DNA from: an archaeon
Lineage (GTDB): Archaea > Nanobdellota > Nanobdellia > SCGC-AAA011-G17 > GW2011-AR20
Reading direction: 5' to 3'
Length of the DNA: 64,000 bases
NCBI GenBank assembly: GCA_002688355.1
Contig: NZCT01000024.1
Location: 111,762 to 175,761, forward strand
Positions 18,332 through 27,437 of the stretch are shown here, in pieces. A program made the translations under genes and the position numbers. Numbering within the stretch: the stretch's first letter is position 1; each line of letters opens with the position of its first letter. The notes below the pieces were generated by a model. It worked only from the letters and a program-made list of their open reading frames with translations, had not been told where the DNA came from and did not search any database.

Positions 18332-19043
18332 AGCAAGAATGGCAGCAACAAGACTTCCAGGAAAAGTCTTGGCAGATATAAAAGGTAAACCTGAATTACA
18401 AATATTTCTAGAAAGAGTAACTAAAGCAAAAAAAATTGATGATATAATCGTTGCAACAACAACAAATCCAAAAGATATAGAAATTGTTAATCTATGTAAA
18501 AAATTAAACGTTAAATATTTTAGAGGTTCTGAAGAAGATGTTCTCTCTCGAGTACTAGCAGCAGCTAAATCTTTAAATGCAGATATAATAGTTGAACTAT
18601 GTGCAGATGATCCTTTCATGGATCCAACAGTAATAGATGCAGCAATTGAACATTTCCTAAATAATGACTTTGACTATATGTCTAATTTTCATCCACTAAC
18701 TTTTCCACCAGGAATAGGTGTACAAATTTTTCCATTAAAAGTTTTAGATGAAATAGATAAGTTAACAAATAATCCGTATGATAGAGAAAATGTAACATGG
18801 TACATATATCACAATAAAGACAAATACAAATGCGGTAATTATCCAGCTCCAAAACATTTAGCAGATCCAAAAACAAAACTAGATTTAGATTATCCAGAAG
18901 ATCTTGAATTTATAAGAAAGGTATTTGATAATTTTGATGATATTCATTTCTCATTAAGAGATGTTTTAGATTTACTAGAAAAAAATCCAGAGTTAAAAGA
19001 GATTAATGCTAACAGATATGTTGGTGATGAAAGATACGAATAA
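18309..19043 (+). CDS. CMP-sugar synthetase / acylneuraminate cytidylyltransferase family (NeuA/PseF/LegF/SpsF-like)
   Basis: MRVIATVEARMAATRLPGKVLADIKGKP matches the N-terminal motif of CTP_transf_3 cytidylyltransferases. The start overlaps the upstream gene. Confidence 0.65.
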   Translation: MRVIATVEARMAATRLPGKVLADIKGKPELQIFLERVTKAKKIDDIIVATTTNPKDIEIVNLCKKLNVKYFRGSEEDVLSRVLAAAKSLNADIIVELCADDPFMDPTVIDAAIEHFLNNDFDYMSNFHPLTFPPGIGVQIFPLKVLDEIDKLTNNPYDRENVTWYIYHNKDKYKCGNYPAPKHLADPKTKLDLDYPEDLEFIRKVFDNFDDIHFSLRDVLDLLEKNPELKEINANRYVGDERYE

Positions 19044-19577
19044 TTATTTCTTTATTTTTCCATAATGAACTAAATCATAATATTTTCCATTCTTTAACAT
19101 TCCATCCTTAGATATTCCTTCCTTTTCCATACCACAATTTTCTGCTAATTTTTGCATACCAATATTTTCTATATTAGTTCCACAATATAATCGATGTAAG
19201 TTCATTTTACTAAACCCATAATCCATAATTAATTTCCAAGCTTCTTTTCCAACACCAGTTCCCCAATAATCTTTCTCCCCAATTATTATTGCAATCTCAG
19301 CATTGCTATCTTTTTTATTAATTTTCTGTAAAGAAATGTTTCCAATATGTCTATCATTATTCTTATCAATTATAGCAAATACCAAAGTATGTTCAGAATT
19401 TCTAACAGATTTAACATATTCTAATGTTTTCTCTTTTGTATTTACAACTTCACCATGTCCATTATATTTACAAACTTCCTTATCATTAAACCATTCTGGA
19501 TAATTTCCTTCAACATCAGATTCCTCAATCTGTCTAAGATAAATATTTTCTCCAATTAATTTAATATCTTCAGTCAT
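19044..19577 (-). CDS. GNAT-family N-acetyltransferase (RimL/Acetyltransf_3-like)
   Basis: HIGNISLQKIN...AEIAIIIGEKDYWGTGVGKEAWK, a GNAT acetyl-CoA-binding motif A-like region. Confidence 0.6.
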   Translation of the reverse strand: MTEDIKLIGENIYLRQIEESDVEGNYPEWFNDKEVCKYNGHGEVVNTKEKTLEYVKSVRNSEHTLVFAIIDKNNDRHIGNISLQKINKKDSNAEIAIIIGEKDYWGTGVGKEAWKLIMDYGFSKMNLHRLYCGTNIENIGMQKLAENCGMEKEGISKDGMLKNGKYYDLVHYGKIKK

Positions 19578-19628
19578 AAGATAATCACAATAGTGAAATT
19601 TATAACCTTTTCTAAGTAAATTTTAAAA

Positions 19629-20654
19629 ATGGAAAAAGAGTATAAAATTGGGATTATAGGACTTGGTAGAGTAGCTAATGAATTTGATAATGATCCAAAA
19701 AGAAAAGTAATCTGGAGTCATACAGGAGCTTATTCTAATAATCAAAAATGTAAACTAACTGCAATATGTGATTTAGATCAAGAAAAACTAAATAATTGCG
19801 CAGAAAAATATAATGTTCCTAAAACTTACACAGATTATAATGAAATGTTACAAAAAGAAGATTTAGATATTCTAAGCATTTGCACTTGGAACTCAACACA
19901 TTATCCAATTTTAAAAGCAGCAGTGGAAAATGGAGTAAAAGCAATATACTGTGAAAAACCAATAGCAAATAATCTAAAAGAAGCTGATGAAATGATAAAA
20001 CTATGCAAAGAAAATAATGTAAAACTAATGATTAACCATTGGAGACGTTTTGATGGTCTACATCCAAAAGTAAAAAAATACATTGATTCAGGTAATCTAG
20101 GAAATGTACAACAAGTTAACTTTTATTATACAGCAGGCATTGCTAACTCAGGATCGCATATGTTTGATCTACTAAGATATTTATTTGGAGATGTTTCCTG
20201 GATTGAAGCTCATTATAAAACTCAAGATGAAGATCCAAATATTGATGGACTCATAAAATTCAAGAATAATCTTCTCTGCACAATCCAATCCCTGGACGTA
20301 GATAGTTACACAAGATTTAACTTAATAATTTTTGGTACAAAAGGAAAAATAGAAATCACAAGAAATGGTTTTGACCTTGATATGTATGAAGCAAAACAAA
20401 GTGATAAATTTTCAGAATACAAAGAACTATACAAAATACCTTCAACAATAAATTTCAAAGAAGAAAGTCATATGGAACATGGAATTGCTCATTTAATAGA
20501 TTGTCTAGAAAATAATAAAACACCAATATCTAGTGGAAAAGATGGTCGTGAATCTTTATCATTAATCTGTGCTTTTCATGAATCTGCAAAAGAAGATGGT
20601 AAAAGAATACAAATACCTTTAAAAGAAAGCAACATAGAAATAAAATCGAAATAA
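19629..20654 (+). CDS. Gfo/Idh/MocA-family NAD(P)-dependent sugar oxidoreductase (WbpB-like)
   Basis: MEKEYKIGIIGLGRVANEF N-terminal Rossmann motif, ...CEKPIANNLKEADEM, and typical length. Confidence 0.7.
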   Translation: MEKEYKIGIIGLGRVANEFDNDPKRKVIWSHTGAYSNNQKCKLTAICDLDQEKLNNCAEKYNVPKTYTDYNEMLQKEDLDILSICTWNSTHYPILKAAVENGVKAIYCEKPIANNLKEADEMIKLCKENNVKLMINHWRRFDGLHPKVKKYIDSGNLGNVQQVNFYYTAGIANSGSHMFDLLRYLFGDVSWIEAHYKTQDEDPNIDGLIKFKNNLLCTIQSLDVDSYTRFNLIIFGTKGKIEITRNGFDLDMYEAKQSDKFSEYKELYKIPSTINFKEESHMEHGIAHLIDCLENNKTPISSGKDGRESLSLICAFHESAKEDGKRIQIPLKESNIEIKSK

Positions 20655-20655
20655 A

Positions 20656-21909
20656 ATGGCAAACCTAGCAATAAATGGAGGAGAAAAATTTAGAAAAGAA
20701 CCTTTTCCAAAACATCCAATAATTGGAGATGAAGAAAAAAAAGCAGCCCTAGACGTTCTAGAAAGAGGGGAATTATCAACATTTTTAGCTTCTCCAGGAC
20801 AATACTTTCTTGGTGGTAAAAAAATAAAAGAATTTGAAGATTATTGTAAAAATTATTTTAATGTAAAACACGCAATATTAATGAATTCTGCAACAGCTTG
20901 TTTACATGCTTCTCTTCCCGCTATCGGGGTAAAAGAAGGAGAAGAAGTCTTAGTTACTCCTTATTCTATGTCATGTAGTGCAACTTGTGCTTTAATGAAC
21001 AACACAGTTCCAATATTTGTTGACGTTAATGAAGAAAATTTCTCTATAGACCCAAAAAAAATAGAAGAGAAAATTACAGAAAAAACAAAAGCAATTATTG
21101 TTGTGCATTTATTTGGAGGTCCAGCAAACATGGATGAAATTATGGAAATTGCAAAAAAACACAACTTAAAAGTTATTGAAGACTGTGCTCAATCTCCTGG
21201 TGGAACATACAAAGATAAATTATTAGGAACAATTGGTGATTGCGGATTATTCTCATTTACAGAAACAAAAAACATTACAGCAGGTGAAGGTGGATTATTA
21301 ATAACAAATGATGATTCTATAGCAGATGTAGCTCAATTAATAAGAAATCATGGTGAAGCTGTTATAGTAGATCAGCCAAGAACTTATAGTTCCACAATTT
21401 TAGGCTACAATTATAGAATGACTGAGATAGATGCAGCAATTGGTTTAGAACAATTTAAAAAATTAGATTCTCTTAATAATCAAAGAATAAAATTAGCTGA
21501 GTATCTATCTGAAAAAATAAAACAAGAAGTTCCAGGAATTACTCCTTATTTAAATAATGAAAATGGTAAAAACGTTTATTTTATTTTACCTTTCAAATAT
21601 TCTGAATCTAAAGTAGGAATACCAAGAGATAAATTCATAGAAGCTTTAAACGCAGAAGGAATTCCATTTGGTTCAGGTTACGTAAAACCTCTTTACCTAA
21701 GTCCAATATTTCATGAAAACAAACATTTTGCATTAAAACATTTTGCTTCTCATATAAGTTACGACAAAGGTATTTGTCCAACTGTAGAAAAATTACATGA
21801 AAAAGAAATTATCTTAACATTAATAGCAAGACCTCCAGCAACTCTAAAAGATATGGATGATATTGTTGAAGCAATGAAAAAAATCATTGAAAATAAAGAA
21901 GAATTATAA
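20656..21909 (+). CDS. DegT/DnrJ/EryC1/StrS-family PLP-dependent sugar aminotransferase (WbpE-like)
   Basis: AINGGEKFRKEPFPKHPIIGDEEKKAALDVLERGELS...CAQSPGG...FSFTETKNITAGEGG (PLP-lysine region). Confidence 0.75.
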   Translation: MANLAINGGEKFRKEPFPKHPIIGDEEKKAALDVLERGELSTFLASPGQYFLGGKKIKEFEDYCKNYFNVKHAILMNSATACLHASLPAIGVKEGEEVLVTPYSMSCSATCALMNNTVPIFVDVNEENFSIDPKKIEEKITEKTKAIIVVHLFGGPANMDEIMEIAKKHNLKVIEDCAQSPGGTYKDKLLGTIGDCGLFSFTETKNITAGEGGLLITNDDSIADVAQLIRNHGEAVIVDQPRTYSSTILGYNYRMTEIDAAIGLEQFKKLDSLNNQRIKLAEYLSEKIKQEVPGITPYLNNENGKNVYFILPFKYSESKVGIPRDKFIEALNAEGIPFGSGYVKPLYLSPIFHENKHFALKHFASHISYDKGICPTVEKLHEKEIILTLIARPPATLKDMDDIVEAMKKIIENKEEL

Positions 21910-22230
21910 CTAACCGATACATATTGATTCCAATTCACCTGTAAAAACAGATTCTTTTTTCAATTTTTGAAACCTTTTATATTTTTCTGTAAAAGGAATC
22001 TTAGGTTTATTCAATGATAATAAAGCAAAATCCATTCCCCTAAGATGTAAAGTTTCAGTCCACATACGTTCTATCTCATGATGAGTTTTCTCTCCATCAA
22101 AATCTTTTCCAGTTTCTTTAAGGTAATTAACTAAATTTCTAAAAGAAGAAACTCCTTCAGGACTAAAAGGATAGCTAGAAGAGAATTCTGTTAATAATTT
22201 AGAATATCTATCTTGATTATATTTTTCCAT
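21910..22230 (-). CDS. Hypothetical protein
   Basis: ORF only; no motif recognised. Confidence 0.3.
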   Translation of the reverse strand: MEKYNQDRYSKLLTEFSSSYPFSPEGVSSFRNLVNYLKETGKDFDGEKTHHEIERMWTETLHLRGMDFALLSLNKPKIPFTEKYKRFQKLKKESVFTGELESICIG

Positions 22231-22279
22231 ACTAAAATAATGATGGGAAATCTTATAAGTTTAACGTAACTGATTAATT

Positions 22280-22684
22280 CTACTTAGAAAAAAGATAATC
22301 GGCATGTTTACAATCATTACAATTCTTATTTATACAATTACCAGAAGTTAATCCATATTTTATTCCCCATGATTTAGCTTTATTGAAAACATCTGTTAAA
22401 TCTTTACCTTTCTTAGTTAAAGCATAAACAACAGAAAGTGGATTTTTTTGAATAATTTTCCTTTCAACAAGAGAATGTTTTCCAAGTTCTTTCAATCTTC
22501 GAGAAAGAATCCTATTTGTTGGGTTCTTCAATCTAATTTTAAGATTGTTAAAACTAGTCATGTCATTATGATACAATTCTTGTAAAATAAGAATAGTCCA
22601 TTTCTTTCCAACCAATTTATGGATATCTAACACAGCACATTCCATAGGTATACAAAGAGATACTTCCCTTTTAAATATTATCAT
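22280..22684 (-). CDS. HxlR-type winged-helix transcriptional regulator with C-terminal Cys-rich tail
   Basis: KKWTILILQELYHNDMTSFNNLKIRLKNPTNRILSRRLKELGKHSLVERK matches the HxlR/DUF24 wHTH pattern. The C-terminus has CINKNCNDCKH. Confidence 0.5.
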   Translation of the reverse strand: MIIFKREVSLCIPMECAVLDIHKLVGKKWTILILQELYHNDMTSFNNLKIRLKNPTNRILSRRLKELGKHSLVERKIIQKNPLSVVYALTKKGKDLTDVFNKAKSWGIKYGLTSGNCINKNCNDCKHADYLFSK

Positions 22685-22699
22685 GAAGTAAATTTTCCC

Positions 22700-24217
22700 A
22701 TGGCTCTCGAAACTTTAACCACAACAAATGAACAAGATAGAATAGTTAAATCTAAAGTACCAATAACACCAACTCTAGAAAAATTACTTAACCCAAATCT
22801 TCACAAAAAAGAGCCTATTTTTACAAGTCCTTTAAAAAAACCAAAAGAAGGGGAAAAAGTTTACGATCTTTCACCAGAACAAATTAAAGCAATTCAAGAA
22901 CTAAGAGGAGCAGTAGTTGATCTACATCCAGGAATGGGTGGCGTTGTTCCCAGTAAACTAATACAAATGATTGAAGATGGAATTCCAGTTACTTCATTAG
23001 ATTTTATGATGACAAAAGGATGTAACTTTGAATGTACATGGTGTTATGCTGGTTCAAGTCCATTTGCTACAGAATTTCTTCCTTTTAATAAACTAGAATC
23101 TATAACTCAAGAAGCTGCAGATATTGGAGTCAGTTTATTTATTCTTACTGGTGGTGAGCCTCTTACATATAAAGATCCTGCTTTAGGAAAAGTAAACCAT
23201 AGAGGAGAACATTTTTTCAAAGTTGTTGAGATGATCAAAAATACATACGAACGACAAGGAAAAGAAGCTAAAATTTTAACATTTGATGATGTAGCTTTAA
23301 TCAATGAAAGGATTGCAGAACAATTTGCACATTACAAAATAGGATTATGTACAAAAGGCGACACGTTACATCCTGAATTACAAGATTATAAAGTAAACCA
23401 AGTCGGAGCCTTTAAAAAAATGGAAAAAGGTAATGAAAATTTAATAAAAGTGGGTTATGGGAAAAACCCTGATCTAAGAAATGTAGTTAATTCTGTTTTT
23501 GACCATACAACTTTTGATGGAATGCCAGATCTACATATGTTAGTCAAAGAAAGAGGATTTGATCATTCAATAGTTCCCATTCATTTTTGTGGAAATGCTG
23601 GGGATGAAGATCAAGAAGCAGGGATTCACTCACCCCACGTCAAAGTTCTATATGATCTTCTTTCTAAAGTTGATGAAAAATATTTTGATGAACACTGGGA
23701 ACCTTGGTCAGCATTTACATATAATAAAACCTGTAATAGAAATTTATCAGGCCTTCATATAAGAGCAAATGGTGATGTAACTTCATGTTCAGAATCTCCT
23801 GGAAGAGATGAAACAGACAGGTATACATTTGGCAATATATTTACAGATGAAAATTTCTCCTTAGAAGAATTAGCTTTTAGTAATCGTCTTGCAAACTATA
23901 GAACAGAATTCGCAGAAGGATCTGGAACATATGTATGTGCACCAGATATTTGTGATTTAAATGCTAACGATCTATGCCGAGGTGGATGTGCAGTAAGATC
24001 AGCATATTCAGGTATTAATTATGAAACAGGTTTAATTGAAGAAGGAACAGATGTTCACAATTACAGCACACATAGAGAAGATCCTTTATGCCCAGCATGG
24101 ACAAAACTTGCATTAACACAAGGCATTCTAAAAGAAGGTTTACTTTCAGCTATTCATGAAAGATTGCTTGAAAAAAGTGAAAAATTAGATATTAAAGATT
24201 TTCCTAATCCTTACTGA
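22700..24217 (+). CDS. Radical SAM protein with C-terminal SPASM/twitch-like Cys-rich domain
   Basis: MMTKGCNFECTWCYAG (CxxxCxxC), then GGEPL. The C-terminal region has seven Cys (TSCSESPG...VCAPDICDLNANDLCRGGCAVRS). Confidence 0.7.
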   Translation: MALETLTTTNEQDRIVKSKVPITPTLEKLLNPNLHKKEPIFTSPLKKPKEGEKVYDLSPEQIKAIQELRGAVVDLHPGMGGVVPSKLIQMIEDGIPVTSLDFMMTKGCNFECTWCYAGSSPFATEFLPFNKLESITQEAADIGVSLFILTGGEPLTYKDPALGKVNHRGEHFFKVVEMIKNTYERQGKEAKILTFDDVALINERIAEQFAHYKIGLCTKGDTLHPELQDYKVNQVGAFKKMEKGNENLIKVGYGKNPDLRNVVNSVFDHTTFDGMPDLHMLVKERGFDHSIVPIHFCGNAGDEDQEAGIHSPHVKVLYDLLSKVDEKYFDEHWEPWSAFTYNKTCNRNLSGLHIRANGDVTSCSESPGRDETDRYTFGNIFTDENFSLEELAFSNRLANYRTEFAEGSGTYVCAPDICDLNANDLCRGGCAVRSAYSGINYETGLIEEGTDVHNYSTHREDPLCPAWTKLALTQGILKEGLLSAIHERLLEKSEKLDIKDFPNPY

Positions 24218-26340
24218 GCAAAAGTAGATGTATGAAAAACATGATCTTCCATTTTAGTTTCATATTTCTCTTCAGAAGATTCAACTTGATAAAATAAATC
24301 GCTTATTCTCATATATTCACTCATTTTCCTTAAAGTAAAATTCAAATTAACATTCTTAAATTGATTAATATTACTGTTCAAAGCTTCAACTTGATCATTA
24401 GGTAAATAAAATTTATAATTAATCTTTCCAGCATATTCGTGTAAATTTTTATGATAAGAATCTCGTTTCCATTTTAGCACATCAAAATCAAATTCATTAT
24501 GCTTTTCTATTTCAATTTTAAATTCCTTTTCAATATCTAAACCACTAAAATTAACTCTTAACATGCTTTCAAATTTAATAATATTATCCACAGCAGTTTC
24601 ATAATCTAAAGAAGGACTTTTCTTAGAAATTAATTCTTTAGCTATCTTTCCTAAGTAAATATCAAATTCATTTGGACAATCAGTTATAGTCTTAAAAGTA
24701 TATTGGAAATTTAACTTGCCAAATCCGCCATTCTTTAACTTTTCAAATTCTTCCTCTTTACTATAATGTTCTATTAATTCTTCTTTTGTATCAAACCATT
24801 CTCCCCTAGAGTCGTTATCAAACTCTTTTAATAATTTTTGAACTTCCTTAGGAGCGTTTTCAATATTTTCCATTACAGCAATTAAAAAATCCATAGGATT
24901 AATATCATAAGATTGAATATATTTTAACAAACCCCTATAGTATTTATAATTCCAAGTAAATTGAACTAACCATTGTAATTTCCTAAAGAAAAACAATTCT
25001 TCTTCTGACATATGTTTAGTCGACTTAACCATTTCTTCATATTCAAAAGATTTATACCCACCGTAAGTACCAAAACAAGTATCTATTAATCTAAACTTAG
25101 TCTTAATACCATTTCTTTCCCTATACTCAGGAAGAGACATCTCAGCTCCATTTAACAACCTACAATGATAAACAATTATCTGTCCAGCATCCATATCCAT
25201 TAACTCTCTTAACGCGTTTAAATGACTCTCCTTAGTCTCAAAAGGCATTCCTAGCACCATTTCAGCATCTGAATCAATACCATTATCATGAAAAAAAGTT
25301 AGTAATTCCTTATATGCATCTTGACTAATATTATCTCTTCTAATTTCCTTTAAGGTTTCTAAATTCATAGATTGTAATGACGCATCAACACTTGCTAGCT
25401 CCCCCAACATAGTTGCAATTTTCTTTATCCCATCACTTTTATTCTTAGCCCAAAATGTTGTAACTTTCCTCGGGTAACTGTGTTTATCACTTAATTCCCT
25501 CATTATCTTAGAAAATTCATAATCCCTCTCACTAAAGATTCCAAAATTAGAATCAGAAATACACAATATGTTAGTATTCTTTGTTTCTTCTACTTTTTTA
25601 GCAATATAATAAAACTCTTCTTTTATTCTATCAAATGGAAACATAGCCATCTTCTGATAATCTAAATCTCCCCATACGCAAAAAGTACAAGGATATGGAC
25701 ATCCTCTATTTGTTTCTAAATTAGGAATTAAATTATCCTCAAAAAATTCATCCATTACTCCAGTTAAATACGGAGAAGGTATAACACTAAGATCTTTAAT
25801 TACAGGAGTTTCTTCTCCTCTAATAACTTCATCTTTTTCTTTATCATAATATGCAGTATCTTTTATTACACTTTTTTTCATAAGATTAATGTCTTTATTA
25901 CACTCAAAATATTTCTCTAAAAGATTAACAAATCCAGGTTCTCCTTTATGAATTACATAAAAATCTAAATTATTTTGTTTTTGTAAATAATCTTTTATTA
26001 AATCTGGTCTTATGTGTATATTCGGTCCACCCATTACAGTCATTATTTCAGGATGTTTACTTTTTACATATTTTAACAAATTAATATTTAAATTCTCATT
26101 CCAAGCATAATTACTCAATCCAAGAATATCAGGAGGATTTTTCTCAATCTCTTCTAATAATTTATCTGGGTATTTAAATAATTTAACTGTTAGTTTATCG
26201 CCATAAATTTTATTCAGATATGCTTTAATATATCCAATATTAATTGGAAACATAAAAGGACCTTTACCAACATAATTATGTACAAGATCAGCAAAATAAA
26301 TTACAGTATTTTCTTTTTTAGATTGATTATTCATATTCAA
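24211..26340 (-). CDS. B12-binding domain / radical SAM protein (class B), 709 aa with a long C-terminal extension
   Basis: N-terminal B12-binding-like region (ILGLSNYAWN...TVMGGPNIHI), radical SAM motif TNRGCPYPCTFCVWG, and ~250 aa of additional C-terminal sequence. Confidence 0.7.
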   Translation of the reverse strand: MNMNNQSKKENTVIYFADLVHNYVGKGPFMFPINIGYIKAYLNKIYGDKLTVKLFKYPDKLLEEIEKNPPDILGLSNYAWNENLNINLLKYVKSKHPEIMTVMGGPNIHIRPDLIKDYLQKQNNLDFYVIHKGEPGFVNLLEKYFECNKDINLMKKSVIKDTAYYDKEKDEVIRGEETPVIKDLSVIPSPYLTGVMDEFFEDNLIPNLETNRGCPYPCTFCVWGDLDYQKMAMFPFDRIKEEFYYIAKKVEETKNTNILCISDSNFGIFSERDYEFSKIMRELSDKHSYPRKVTTFWAKNKSDGIKKIATMLGELASVDASLQSMNLETLKEIRRDNISQDAYKELLTFFHDNGIDSDAEMVLGMPFETKESHLNALRELMDMDAGQIIVYHCRLLNGAEMSLPEYRERNGIKTKFRLIDTCFGTYGGYKSFEYEEMVKSTKHMSEEELFFFRKLQWLVQFTWNYKYYRGLLKYIQSYDINPMDFLIAVMENIENAPKEVQKLLKEFDNDSRGEWFDTKEELIEHYSKEEEFEKLKNGGFGKLNFQYTFKTITDCPNEFDIYLGKIAKELISKKSPSLDYETAVDNIIKFESMLRVNFSGLDIEKEFKIEIEKHNEFDFDVLKWKRDSYHKNLHEYAGKINYKFYLPNDQVEALNSNINQFKNVNLNFTLRKMSEYMRISDLFYQVESSEEKYETKMEDHVFHTSTFAQ

Positions 26341-26358
26341 AAGAAATTAAAACAGTAT

Positions 26359-27405
26359 TTAAACCTTATCCCAAGTTATTCCTTCATCTTCTTTTATATC
26401 TCTCTTAGCTTCTCTTCCTACTATAACATCTAAATATCTAGGATGTAATCCTTCTAAAGATCTTTTCCTCCCAACCATATAATCTTCTATTTTAGTTCCC
26501 ATGGGAATATCAATATTTGCTACAATTCTCCTTCTTCCAGATTGCATAGCATAAATCTCTTCTCCAGTTATTTTCCTAACCTCTGATCCAAGAGATAATC
26601 TAACTTCCTTAATACCATCTGTCATTTCCTTTAACTCAATAGGATCTACAGAAATAGGATGATCAGGTGCACCTTTAATATTCTTATCAATTGTAAAATG
26701 TTTTTCAATTAACTTAGCACCCAAAACAGAAGCTGCAATCGGAATATGAATTCCTAAAGTATGATCAGAAAGTCCAACAGGTTGTTCAGGAAAAACTTTT
26801 TGTAAAGTTTGCATAAATTTAACATTAGCCTGATCTGCTGGAGTAGGATATATAACCATACAATGCAATATAATAACATCGTTATTTCCTTCATTCTTAA
26901 TAGCATTAACAGCTTCTTCAACTTCTCCAATATTACCCATTCCAACAGAAAGTATAATTGGTTTATTTTTCTTAGCAATATATCTCAAAAAAGGAATATT
27001 TGTTAAATCAGTGGAAGCAATTTTATACGCAGGAACCTCTAACTCTTCTAAAAAATCTACACTTTCTTCATCAAAAGGAGTAGATAAAAAAACAATATTT
27101 TTTTCTTTACAATAACTTACTAATTCTTTCCACTCATCTTTGCTTAAATCGTCCTGAGTTTCATATAAACTACTTTGCGTAGTTCCTTCAGCATTCTTTT
27201 CCCAAAATCTAGGAACTGTTTTAGTAACTAATTTACTTGAAGTAAATGTTTGAAATTTAATTGCGTCAGCACCACCTTCAGCAGCTTTTTCTATTAATTG
27301 CTTACCTCTCTCAAGAATACAATCATGATTGCATCCTGCTTCGGCAATTACATAAGTAGGATTATCTCCTCCAATAGATTTTTCCCCTATTTTTATTTCC
27401 CTCAT
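26359..27405 (-). CDS. N-acetylneuraminate/pseudaminate/legionaminate synthase family (NeuB-like) with C-terminal SAF domain
   Basis: MREIKIGEKSIGGDNPTYVIAEAGCNHD (NeuB N-terminal signature), TIM-barrel core, and C-terminal antifreeze-like SAF segment ANIDIPMGTKIEDYM. Confidence 0.8.
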   Translation of the reverse strand: MREIKIGEKSIGGDNPTYVIAEAGCNHDCILERGKQLIEKAAEGGADAIKFQTFTSSKLVTKTVPRFWEKNAEGTTQSSLYETQDDLSKDEWKELVSYCKEKNIVFLSTPFDEESVDFLEELEVPAYKIASTDLTNIPFLRYIAKKNKPIILSVGMGNIGEVEEAVNAIKNEGNNDVIILHCMVIYPTPADQANVKFMQTLQKVFPEQPVGLSDHTLGIHIPIAASVLGAKLIEKHFTIDKNIKGAPDHPISVDPIELKEMTDGIKEVRLSLGSEVRKITGEEIYAMQSGRRRIVANIDIPMGTKIEDYMVGRKRSLEGLHPRYLDVIVGREAKRDIKEDEGITWDKV

Positions 27406-27437
27406 AGAAAAAATATCAAAGAAATAAATATTTAAAG

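Noticed and set aside
22700-24217. RiPP (sactipeptide/ranthipeptide) cluster centred on the SPASM radical SAM
   Set aside because: No short precursor-peptide ORF (under 60 aa with a Cys-rich core) or peptidase/transporter genes are evident nearby. The dense neighbours are all sugar-modifying enzymes. It is kept only as an open question in the findings.
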